Positions 51,176-58,797 of a DNA stretch of 64,000 nucleotides are shown here, in pieces. The notes beneath the pieces were generated by a model that was not told the origin of the DNA, searched no databases, and worked only from the letters and a program-made list of their open reading frames with translations. Each line of letters begins with the position of its first letter. Position 1 is the first letter of the stretch. Origin of the DNA: Candidatus Levybacteria bacterium GW2011_GWA1_37_16 (GTDB taxonomy: Bacteria; Patescibacteriota; Microgenomatia; Levybacterales; UBA12049); NCBI GenBank assembly GCA_943357985.1, contig CALRGR010000003.1:6496-70495 (forward strand), written 5' to 3'. Position numbers and translations under genes: made by a program.

Positions 51176-52497
51176 TATAAAGTTTCCTCTCTTTTTTTGT
51201 CCCAAAATTGCCCACGCCTGCAAAGTTTTGCTTTATCAGCTGAATTTTTCAAAAGCATCTCGGTAACACGCTCTAAGAATAGTGTATTTTGCGAACTCTT
51301 AATAAGAACTACATCTCCTTCTTGTATATTATCAAGGATAAAGTCCCGTCCTTGCGAAAAAGTTTTAAAGCTTAAGTTTTCAAGTCCATTTTTTTTAAGA
51401 ACAGGAGCCACATACTGTTGCATCATTGGACCAACTAAAATTACAAGATCGCAGGTTTTAAGAATTTTATCAGCAACTGTCTTGTGAATTTTCTCCGAAA
51501 TCATACCAAGCTCCCTCATGTCTCCCAAAATTGCTACCTTGCGTCTTTTTCCTGAAACTTTTTTAAGCAAATCTAAAATATCCAGTATTGGCGGTAAAGT
51601 CGCGTTATTATAAGAAGAGTCAATAATCGTTGTGTTTTTTATACCATAAAACACGGAAAGTCTGCCCGGAGGAAGCTTGAAATTTCGTTCAAGCGAGACA
51701 ATTGCATCATTTATAGAAACTCCAAGATATAAAGCAATTGATATTGCGGACATAAATGAACGGGCATAATGATCAGAAAGAGGTCTATCGAGCTTTAACT
51801 TAAAACTTTCTCCAAGATGATTTACATTAAAGCTGAACTTGTTAAGAGTTACTTCAAGATTATCCGCATAAAAGTCTGCGTTCTCTTTTTCAATCGATAT
51901 TGTTGATTTTCTAGCCATAACCGTGGCTGATTCTTTCTCAATTAATTCATCATCAATATTCACAACAGCAAATCCGTCTCCAGGAAGAGATTTTAGAAGA
52001 AGCATTTCCTGCTCCATAGTCTTTTTTAGAATTTCATCTTCCGTTTTTGCTTTATTTTCAAAATAAACGCTATGCTCAAAAGAAATGTTTGTGAGAGTTG
52101 CTATCTGGGGTTTTACAATTTTTAGTAAATAACTCATGTTTTTAGGCTCATCCGGACCGTCAATTCCCATTTCACAAATATAAACGTCATATTGCTTCCA
52201 GTTTATAAAAATACCTAAAAATGAGGTTAGAATAATACGAATCCAGTCTAAAATTGTGTAATTTCCCGGATTTATATCCAAAATATCCAAAGGGATGCCT
52301 GTTTCGCTGTTTTTGCCCTGACCTTGTTTCACTTTATACTTTGAAGTAAGAGTTGCGGCCACAATTGAAGATAAAGAGCTTTTTCCGCTTGCACCTCCAA
52401 TACCCACAACAATAGGTCTTATTTTTATAAGCTGAACTTTTGCAATCATACGCAGATACCAAAGCACAAAAGAGACAACAAACTTTCTCAAAACCAT
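51175..52497 (-). CDS. murF: Mur ligase family protein, MurF-like by position; atypical P-loop GIGGASGKSS
   Basis: Mur-ligase central domain blocks (ICEMGIDGP, TLTNISFEH) and a position after murE in the dcw order. Confidence 0.45.
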   Translation of the reverse strand: MVLRKFVVSFVLWYLRMIAKVQLIKIRPIVVGIGGASGKSSLSSIVAATLTSKYKVKQGQGKNSETGIPLDILDINPGNYTILDWIRIILTSFLGIFINWKQYDVYICEMGIDGPDEPKNMSYLLKIVKPQIATLTNISFEHSVYFENKAKTEDEILKKTMEQEMLLLKSLPGDGFAVVNIDDELIEKESATVMARKSTISIEKENADFYADNLEVTLNKFSFNVNHLGESFKLKLDRPLSDHYARSFMSAISIALYLGVSINDAIVSLERNFKLPPGRLSVFYGIKNTTIIDSSYNNATLPPILDILDLLKKVSGKRRKVAILGDMRELGMISEKIHKTVADKILKTCDLVILVGPMMQQYVAPVLKKNGLENLSFKTFSQGRDFILDNIQEGDVVLIKSSQNTLFLERVTEMLLKNSADKAKLCRRGQFWDKKREETL

Positions 52498-52574
52498 ACT
52501 CGTATTATACCTGTTTAAGCCTCAAAAAGCCAAAATATTGTCAATAAAGTTTACATGGTGTACTCTTAAGTTAG

Positions 52575-53618
52575 ATGAGCCCGCTTGATGAAAATCAACT
52601 TCAGATTGAGATTAAAAAAGAGGGACTGCGCCATATTACGGATGAAATACCCGGCTTTATGAGGCAAAAACTTGGTATAAACTTCACTTATTATGACGAG
52701 GATCTCAAAAGAATAAAAGATAAAGTCGTAATTAGCCGGATTGAGAGCTTAGCAATTCCGCCAGCCTGGAAAAAAGTCTGGATTTGTGCTTCAGAAAACG
52801 GATATCTTCAAGCAACAGGCACTGATGACAAAAGACGTAAACAGTATATTTATCATCCGGAATGGGTAAAAGCAACTCAAACAAGCAAATTTGAAAGACT
52901 GACGGATTTTGGCCTCAGCCTTCCAATAATCCGCTCGAAAATCGATTATGACCTGCACCAAAAAGACATGGATAAGAAAAGAATCCTAGCTACTGTCGTT
53001 TGGTTGCTTGAGAAAACTTTTATCCGCATTGGAAATGAAGAATACGCAAGAAATAATGAAAGCTTCGGGCTAACAACTTTAAGAAACCGTCACGCAAAAG
53101 TAAGAGGAGACCAAATTTCATTTAAATTCATAGGGAAAAGCGGTATTGAGAATGTAATCGAAATATCAAACCCAACAATTGCCAAAACAATCAGAAAATG
53201 TATTGAACTTCCGGGCTACGAGCTTTTTCAATTTATAGATGATAGCGGAGAGCGTCATGTAATTGATTCTGCGGATGTTAACGAATTTTTGAAAGAAATA
53301 ACTAAAAATGAATTTACTACAAAAGATTTTAGAACTTGGGGAGCAACCAATTTATCAGCAAGACACCTTTATAAATTAGGAGGCGCGGAGAGTGAGAAGA
53401 CGATCAAGCAAAATATTATGGACACCATCAAGGAAGTCGCAAGTCAGCTTAACAATACCGTATCGGTTTGTAGAAATTATTACATTCATCCGCAAGTTTT
53501 GAAGAGCTACGTCAAAAAGACTCTAGTTCCCCACTTTGCAGGTTTTGAAAAATCCAGAAAATCAATAAAAGGACTCTCCTGGAACGAAACCGCCCTAATC
53601 AAACTCCTACAAAATTAG
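52575..53618 (+). CDS. Type IB DNA topoisomerase (bacterial/poxvirus-type TopIB)
   Basis: Conserved blocks GLTTLRNRH, KDFRTWGAT and the catalytic Tyr context SVCRNYYIHP. Confidence 0.8.
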   Translation: MSPLDENQLQIEIKKEGLRHITDEIPGFMRQKLGINFTYYDEDLKRIKDKVVISRIESLAIPPAWKKVWICASENGYLQATGTDDKRRKQYIYHPEWVKATQTSKFERLTDFGLSLPIIRSKIDYDLHQKDMDKKRILATVVWLLEKTFIRIGNEEYARNNESFGLTTLRNRHAKVRGDQISFKFIGKSGIENVIEISNPTIAKTIRKCIELPGYELFQFIDDSGERHVIDSADVNEFLKEITKNEFTTKDFRTWGATNLSARHLYKLGGAESEKTIKQNIMDTIKEVASQLNNTVSVCRNYYIHPQVLKSYVKKTLVPHFAGFEKSRKSIKGLSWNETALIKLLQN

Positions 53619-53642
53619 CAATTAGCTCTAAATTCTGCTATA

Positions 53643-54344
53643 ATGGGAACAATGAGAGATTTTAATAGAGGCGGTAACTCGAGACCAAGACGAAGCTATG
53701 ATAATAGAGGATCTTCTGGTGGAAACGAAGAAAGACAAACATTTAAAGCAATATGCGCAGATTGTGGCCGCGACTGTGACCTTCCATTTGAACCCCGTGG
53801 CAACAGACCAGTATATTGCAGAGATTGTTTCAAAAAGCATACACCGGAAGGCTCAAGCGGAGATAGATATGAATCAAGAGGAGATTCCAGAGGGGGTCCA
53901 CGTGAAGATTCAAGGCGATCAGGTGGCGATAGACCAATGTTTAGCGCAGTATGCGACAACTGCGGCAAAACTTGCCAGCTTCCCTTTGAACCAAGACAGG
54001 GAAAAGAAGTTTTCTGCAGTAGATGTTTTGAAGATAAAGAAAAAGGAATAGACATGACGCAAAGAAAAAGCAATAGCAATGGCACGCAAGCACAATCACA
54101 ACCAAACCTTCAAATGGACGCAATAAATGCAAAGCTTGATAAAATATTAAATCTTTTATCCAACACAAAAGCATTAAAAAATGACGAGAAAGCTTCCAAA
54201 GTAGTAGAAGATGAGATAGAACAACTAGTAAAAACAATTAAAGCTGAAAAATCAATCAAACCTAAAAAGAAAGTCAAAGATCCTGAGCAAAGCCGAAGCG
54301 TAGCAGCAGAAACAGAAATTCCAATAGAATCCCCAACGGAATAG
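53643..54344 (+). CDS. RGG/Arg-Gly-rich protein with two repeated CxxC...CxxC zinc-ribbon modules and a lysine-rich C-terminal coiled coil
   Basis: Duplicated module: CADCGRDCDLPFEPRGNRPVYCRDCF and CDNCGKTCQLPFEPRQGKEVFCSRCF. The region is locally GC-rich because of GGN/CGN codons, which produces many spurious overlapping ORFs on both strands. Confidence 0.5.
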   Translation: MGTMRDFNRGGNSRPRRSYDNRGSSGGNEERQTFKAICADCGRDCDLPFEPRGNRPVYCRDCFKKHTPEGSSGDRYESRGDSRGGPREDSRRSGGDRPMFSAVCDNCGKTCQLPFEPRQGKEVFCSRCFEDKEKGIDMTQRKSNSNGTQAQSQPNLQMDAINAKLDKILNLLSNTKALKNDEKASKVVEDEIEQLVKTIKAEKSIKPKKKVKDPEQSRSVAAETEIPIESPTE

Positions 54345-54475
54345 TTATCCTTTTTTATTCTTTTTTAATTTTCCCTGAAGATCATTAAAAAGTTCTTGAG
54401 AAATTTCCCTGGGCGTTAATTTCTTATCTCTAAGGTTTTTAGGGCTGAGAAGTCTTGAAGGTTTTTTCATCGAGA

Positions 54476-54592
54476 TTTAAAAAGGAATATCGGAAGTAGA
54501 ATTTGGGTCCACCTCAAAGGTTTTTCTGTATATGCAAAGCCTGCAATCTTCATAAAGATAAGCAAAGTCGGAAGGTGATAGCTTGTACATAT
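54476..54592 (-). pseudogene. Internally deleted remnant of a paralogue of the Cas4-like nuclease (N-terminal 15 aa fused to C-terminal 22 aa)
   Basis: Translates to MYKLSPSDFAYLYEDCRLCIYRKTFEVDPNSTSDIPF*. Compare the intact gene at 41032-41730: ...QYKLSPSDFKYLWEDCKFC... and ...ETCRLCIYRKSFESIESTTSDIPF*. The DNA is also similar (tgcaggctttgcat...). Confidence 0.6.
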
Positions 54593-54596
54593 TTAT

Positions 54597-54674
54597 GTAT
54601 TACGCCTTTCGACTAGTCCTGAGCGAAGCCGAATGACAAAATCAGAAGGAGATAATTTATACTGTTGCGCCATA
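54597..54674 (-). pseudogene. Second N-terminal fragment of the same nuclease family (MAQQYKLSPSDFVIRLRSGLVERRNT*)
   Basis: Translated by hand from the minus strand. It shares the QYKLSPSDF block with both the intact gene and the adjacent remnant. Confidence 0.45.
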
Positions 54675-54721
54675 AGAGAATAATTATACCACGAAGGAGG
54701 AATTCTGACTAAGAAGTCAAA

Positions 54722-54907
54722 TTATTTCTTGCTAGAATTTTCCACAACTCCAATCTCTCCTAGCGTGAGGTTGTAGAGTTTATAAACCATTTTATCAAGC
54801 TCTGCCTTTAGATCATCATAAACCTCGGGAAGCTTTTTCATTAACTCTAAAGAATCACCTAGATAGAGAGCGAAGTTTTTATCATCATTGAGGAAATAGG
54901 TCTTCAT
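54722..54907 (-). pseudogene. Probable in-frame deletion remnant of an amino-DNA methyltransferase / RM-associated gene (61 aa)
   Basis: N-terminal NFALYLGDSLELMKKLPE resembles the N-terminus of beta-class N6/N4 MTases that normally precedes the S/DPPY motif. It is immediately followed by LDKMVYKLYNLTLGEIGVVE, which resembles the C-terminal ends of RM enzymes. The catalytic core is absent. Confidence 0.4.
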
Positions 54908-54975
54908 TTGTATTAAAATTATACTTCTTTTCCTTACAATTTACTATTCCACTAATATTGACACCTTTTGATCTA

Positions 54976-55005
54976 TTGACAAGAGTGTGTATTGAGTTAT
55001 ATAAT
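54976..55005 (+). promoter_or_regulatory. Consensus sigma70-type promoter (TTGACA-18-TATAAT)
   Basis: TTGACA at 54976-54981, TATAAT at 55000-55005, with a second TTGACA at 54958-54963. Confidence 0.5.
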
Positions 55006-55011
55006 GCTTTT

Positions 55012-55091
55012 TACCTCTAATACGCAAGTGTTAGGGATAGAAAATCTAGCAATAGATTTTCGGCAAAGGGACCCCGCAAGGGGTTTTTTTG
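55012..55091 (+). ncRNA. Candidate small RNA (~80 nt) of unknown family with two GCAA-tetraloop hairpins
   Basis: Lies downstream of the consensus promoter. Internal 9-bp hairpin GAAAATCTA-GCAA-TAGATTTTC. It ends in an intrinsic terminator. There is no plausible CDS; the listed 78-aa ORF 54992-55228 runs across the terminator. Confidence 0.35.
55069..55091 (+). terminator. Rho-independent terminator (GGACCCC-GCAA-GGGGT followed by T7)
   Basis: GC stem with a GNRA loop and a run of seven T's. It may also serve the convergent ftsI gene weakly from the other strand. Confidence 0.55.
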
Positions 55092-55287
55092 TGCCTACTT
55101 TTCTGTCCTTTCGTTCCGGCGAAAGAACGAAAGCCTCTCTTGCCAGTGAAGCCGGACTATTTTTACTCCGCTCGCTGATCGGGTTATTTCACCCCCTCCA
55201 TCGACAGGTTTGCGAGGAATCCCCCTGATAGCTCGCTACATAAAAAAATTAACGTCCTAATGCTTCAAGGCAAGAATAAGAAGAATA

Positions 55288-56970
55288 TTATTCCGTGGGG
55301 GGAATTCCGTAATACGTCAATATGTCTTTGGCGATGGAGAAAAAGACCGGGGCGGCAGTGTCTGCACCGTATATGCTAGTCGTGGGCCTATCAATAATTA
55401 CAAGCATGACGAACTTTGGATTGTCCGCGGGAGCAAAACCAATAAAAGAAGCGATTGTTTGGTTTGGGTCATAATGTCCCGCAACCGGAATTGACGCTGT
55501 TCCTGTTTTACCTGCAATTCTATAACCTTTTAGCCTTGCCCACTGCGCCTCTCCCTTATTTACGGCATTTACCATAATCTCCGTCATTATTTTTGAAGTT
55601 TTTTCCGAAATTGTTCTTGTGACTACTTTTGACGGAATTTTTACTTTGTCCCCTTCTGCTGTATGAATTTGCGCCACAATGTGCGGTTCCATCCTAAGCC
55701 CTCCATTTGCAATTGAACCTATAGCGGCAAGAAGCTGTATGGGAGTAATTGAGATTCCCTGACCAAAACTTACCGTTGCCAAATCTACTTCATACCAATT
55801 ATCTTTTTCCTTAATTGGCTGTGCCACTTCTCCCTGCAAATCAATCCCCGTTGTTTGCCCTATGCCAAATTTTTCTAAATGCGATAGCATGCGATTTAGT
55901 CCGAGTTTCTTCCCAACAAAAACCATTCCTGTATTATCCGAATGAATTATTGTATCAATCATACTAATATTGGGCTTATACTTATCATTCCAGGTTTTGA
56001 TGGTATATCCGCCTATTGAAACAGGTTTATCACAGATATTACATTTAGTCTCTGGCGTTACCAAACCTTCATCCAAGGCAGCTGACATAATAAGAGGCTT
56101 AAAAGTAGAACCCGGTTCATAAGCATCATTAATGAATGGATTTCTATACTCTTTTTCGGAATAGTCCTGGAACTTTTGCGGATCAAAAGATGGAGTTGCT
56201 ACCATTGCAAGAATTTGCCCTGTTGCTGGATCCATAACTGCAACCATTCCCCCGCTTGCGCCGTAAGTATCAATTGCTTTTTTCAACTTGTTCTCTGCCG
56301 CATACTGAATAGCTCTGTCTATTGATAAGACAAGACTATCTCCATCAATTGTTTTTTCATCCCCGCTATTTAGTTTTGCAACTATTGGTCTTCCTAATGC
56401 ATCCTGAATAACGCTTGCAAGCCCTTCCTTGCCTCTCAAAAGCCTGTCGTAATGCCCTTCAAGCCCAAAATAACCAGTATCTACATCCGCATCATTCTTA
56501 CCCACAAAACCCAAAAGATGGGCCGCAGTTGATGCTTCCGAATAAAGCCTTGTGTAGTTTTCTTCAAACCCAATACCGGGGAGTTTTAATTGCTCAATTT
56601 GCTGTTTTGTTGCAAGGCCTACCTTTGGTGGAAGTGCCACCCAAAATTTATCCAGATTTAAAAGCGCGGATACAGAAGCCTCCTCAGTTTTTAGAATCGG
56701 AGCCAAAACCAAAGCTGTTAATTTTTTATCCTTAACCACTTTTGGGTTTGCAAAAACAGTATAGATAAGTCTATTGGCAACTATAGGAAATCCGTCTGAT
56801 GTATAGATTTGGCCACGCGCCGGCTGAAGTTTTATTATTCTTCCGTATTGATTTTCCCCAAGAAGAGAAAGCTCCGATGCTTTAACAACCTGCCAGTAAA
56901 AAAGACGGGAAATAACGACAAAGAAAAGAAAAATTAGAAAACAAAAGGTAAACCTGTAACGCCAGGTCAT
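55288..56970 (-). CDS. ftsI: Penicillin-binding protein 2 / FtsI (class B transpeptidase)
   Basis: N-terminal TM helix, a PBP dimerisation domain, and the SxxK (STFK), SxN (SDN) and KTG (KTGT) motifs. Confidence 0.9.
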   Translation of the reverse strand: MTWRYRFTFCFLIFLFFVVISRLFYWQVVKASELSLLGENQYGRIIKLQPARGQIYTSDGFPIVANRLIYTVFANPKVVKDKKLTALVLAPILKTEEASVSALLNLDKFWVALPPKVGLATKQQIEQLKLPGIGFEENYTRLYSEASTAAHLLGFVGKNDADVDTGYFGLEGHYDRLLRGKEGLASVIQDALGRPIVAKLNSGDEKTIDGDSLVLSIDRAIQYAAENKLKKAIDTYGASGGMVAVMDPATGQILAMVATPSFDPQKFQDYSEKEYRNPFINDAYEPGSTFKPLIMSAALDEGLVTPETKCNICDKPVSIGGYTIKTWNDKYKPNISMIDTIIHSDNTGMVFVGKKLGLNRMLSHLEKFGIGQTTGIDLQGEVAQPIKEKDNWYEVDLATVSFGQGISITPIQLLAAIGSIANGGLRMEPHIVAQIHTAEGDKVKIPSKVVTRTISEKTSKIMTEIMVNAVNKGEAQWARLKGYRIAGKTGTASIPVAGHYDPNQTIASFIGFAPADNPKFVMLVIIDRPTTSIYGADTAAPVFFSIAKDILTYYGIPPTE

Positions 56971-57272
56971 TGTTTTATAACCTGCCTCGCGTCAAGGCGG
57001 GCAACAGAGATTGACGTGCTTATAACAAAGTTAGTCTTGTTTGGAGCAAATCCCAATTCCCCTGCGTTTGAGGCAATTTTAGTAAAAGAGGACAAGGTTA
57101 AAAGTTTTTCCTGCAAAATTAAGTTTTCTTTTTTTAGAAGGCTTACATTTTCTTCTGTATTTTGGAGCGCAATTCCTGAAACTGAAATTCTATTTGAAAC
57201 GCTTATTCTTACCACTGATAAAACAAGTATAACAAATATTAGCGTTGATATTATTAAGGCAGGCTTATGCAT
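56967..57272 (-). CDS. ftsL: FtsL-like cell division protein (septum formation initiator)
   Basis: 101 aa with an N-terminal TM helix, then a short coiled coil (LLKKENLILQEKLLTL). It sits between rsmH and ftsI. Confidence 0.6.
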   Translation of the reverse strand: MHKPALIISTLIFVILVLSVVRISVSNRISVSGIALQNTEENVSLLKKENLILQEKLLTLSSFTKIASNAGELGFAPNKTNFVISTSISVARLDARQVIKQ

Positions 57273-57300
57273 AATTTATTTATGATTTACGATTTACCAT

Positions 57301-58203
57301 TTACGATTTTTCAAATACTCTGAGTTTTGCAGCGCTACTTCTTCTGTTAGTATCAATTTCTACTTGATCTGCAATAACCGGATGCTTAGTAATAATCGAG
57401 CCTAGTCCTTTGTCTTCAAAGTCAATGAATTTCCATTTAACAATTCTGTCTTCCAGTGAGTGGAAACTTATAACAGCAAGTCTTCCTCTCGGACTTAATA
57501 TCTCAAGCGCGGAAGGCAAAACCGCTCTTAAGTTATTAAGCTCGTCATTTACCGCAATTCTTAGTGCTTGAAATACTTTTGTGTTAACTTTTGCTTTCAT
57601 AAAAGGTTTTACCTCACCCCTTAACCCGAAGCTCTCTGCGACTATATCTGCAAGTTGTGCAGTAGTCTCAATCGGCTTTACTCCACGGGCGCTAATAATA
57701 TTTTTAGAAATGGTGCGAGCATTGTGCTCCTCACCCAATTTAGTAAATAATTCATATAATTCTCCACTATTTAATACGTTTATTAGATCTGCCGCCTTAA
57801 CAGCACCGTCCTTATCCATTCTCATATCCAGAGGACCATCCTGCTGAAAACTAAAGCCTCTCTCCGGCTTGTTTACTTGATAGCTAGACACTCCCAAATC
57901 AAACAAAACTCCCGAAACTTCCACGAAACCGTTTTTACGCCCGATCTCTTTAATGTCTTTGAAATTTCCCTTAGCCAAAATTATGTCTTTTCCGAGCTCA
58001 AACTCGGTACCTTTGATCTGAGATTTAACCTGATTCAGCGCTTCCTGATCTAAGTCTATTCCTAAGACTTTTCCGCCCCGCTTTAGAATTTCAAAGGTAT
58101 GTCCGCCTCCGCCTAAAGTTGCATCTATATAGAGCTTTTTAGGCTCTATATTTAGACTATCTATAGCTTCTTGTAAAAGTACACTTACATGAAAATCGCT
58201 CAT
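57301..58203 (-). CDS. rsmH: 16S rRNA (cytosine1402-N4)-methyltransferase
   Basis: N-terminus MSDFHVSVLLQEAIDSL...DATLGGGGH. Confidence 0.9.
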   Translation of the reverse strand: MSDFHVSVLLQEAIDSLNIEPKKLYIDATLGGGGHTFEILKRGGKVLGIDLDQEALNQVKSQIKGTEFELGKDIILAKGNFKDIKEIGRKNGFVEVSGVLFDLGVSSYQVNKPERGFSFQQDGPLDMRMDKDGAVKAADLINVLNSGELYELFTKLGEEHNARTISKNIISARGVKPIETTAQLADIVAESFGLRGEVKPFMKAKVNTKVFQALRIAVNDELNNLRAVLPSALEILSPRGRLAVISFHSLEDRIVKWKFIDFEDKGLGSIITKHPVIADQVEIDTNRRSSAAKLRVFEKS

Positions 58204-58634
58204 TCATTTCCTTTTCCGGACAGTTTATCTGCAATGCTTGTGATAGTACCAACGAGTATACTGTTGTGTTCTTCCCATTTTTTCTTGTCCCAAATTTCAA
58301 CATATCTTGATATTCCTAAGAAAACTATTTCACCCGACAGACTCCCGTATTCTTTTAAATGTGTCGGTAGTACAAATCTTCCTTTTTCATCCAATTCAAC
58401 CTCTGTTGCTGTTCCAAGTAAAAATCTTTGTGTTTCTCTGGTGGACAAATCTGTAAGAGGCATGCCTTCTGTTCCTTCAAGAAGAGATTTCCAACTAGCT
58501 TCTGCGACCACAATAAGAGATCCTTCAAAGCCCTGAGTAATAATGAGTTTGTCACCCAGCTCATCCCTAAACTTTTTAGGGAATGCAATTCTGTTTTTCT
58601 CTCCAATTGTACCGCCGTATTGTCCAATAAGCAT
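58200..58634 (-). CDS. mraZ: Transcriptional regulator MraZ
   Basis: N-terminus MLIGQYGGTIGEKNRIAFPKKFRDELG, and it is the first gene of the dcw cluster. Confidence 0.9.
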   Translation of the reverse strand: MLIGQYGGTIGEKNRIAFPKKFRDELGDKLIITQGFEGSLIVVAEASWKSLLEGTEGMPLTDLSTRETQRFLLGTATEVELDEKGRFVLPTHLKEYGSLSGEIVFLGISRYVEIWDKKKWEEHNSILVGTITSIADKLSGKGNE

Positions 58635-58656
58635 ATGTTTAATTTGTTTCTCATCC

Positions 58657-58696
58657 CACTTTAGACCACTTTAGACCATTTTGAACCGTTTTGAAG
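58657..58696 (-). promoter_or_regulatory. Putative MraZ operator: four 10-bp-periodic direct repeats ending in AAAGTG/AAAATG/AAAACG upstream of mraZ
   Basis: Coding-strand sequence CTTCAAAACG-GTTCAAAATG-GTCTAAAGTG-GTCTAAAGTG-GGATG lies 20 nt upstream of the mraZ ATG. The AAAGTGG repeat resembles MraZ boxes described in Firmicutes and Mollicutes. Confidence 0.5.
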
Positions 58697-58797
58697 TACG
58701 TGTCAATAGGGAAAAAGAGCAAAATAGTAGACCATAGCGGACTAAAACACAAGATATGGGGAAGACTATTGACTATTTACGATTGACGATTTACGAC

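Noticed and set aside
53628-54237. Four overlapping ORFs on both strands across the RGG zinc-ribbon gene
   Set aside because: They are artefacts of the locally GC-rich, stop-codon-poor sequence. Only the plus-strand 233-aa frame has repeated structured motifs (CxxC modules).
54992-55228. 78-aa ORF overlapping the candidate sRNA
   Set aside because: It reads straight through an intrinsic terminator and GC-rich hairpins, with no RBS and arbitrary composition. A non-coding interpretation is preferred.
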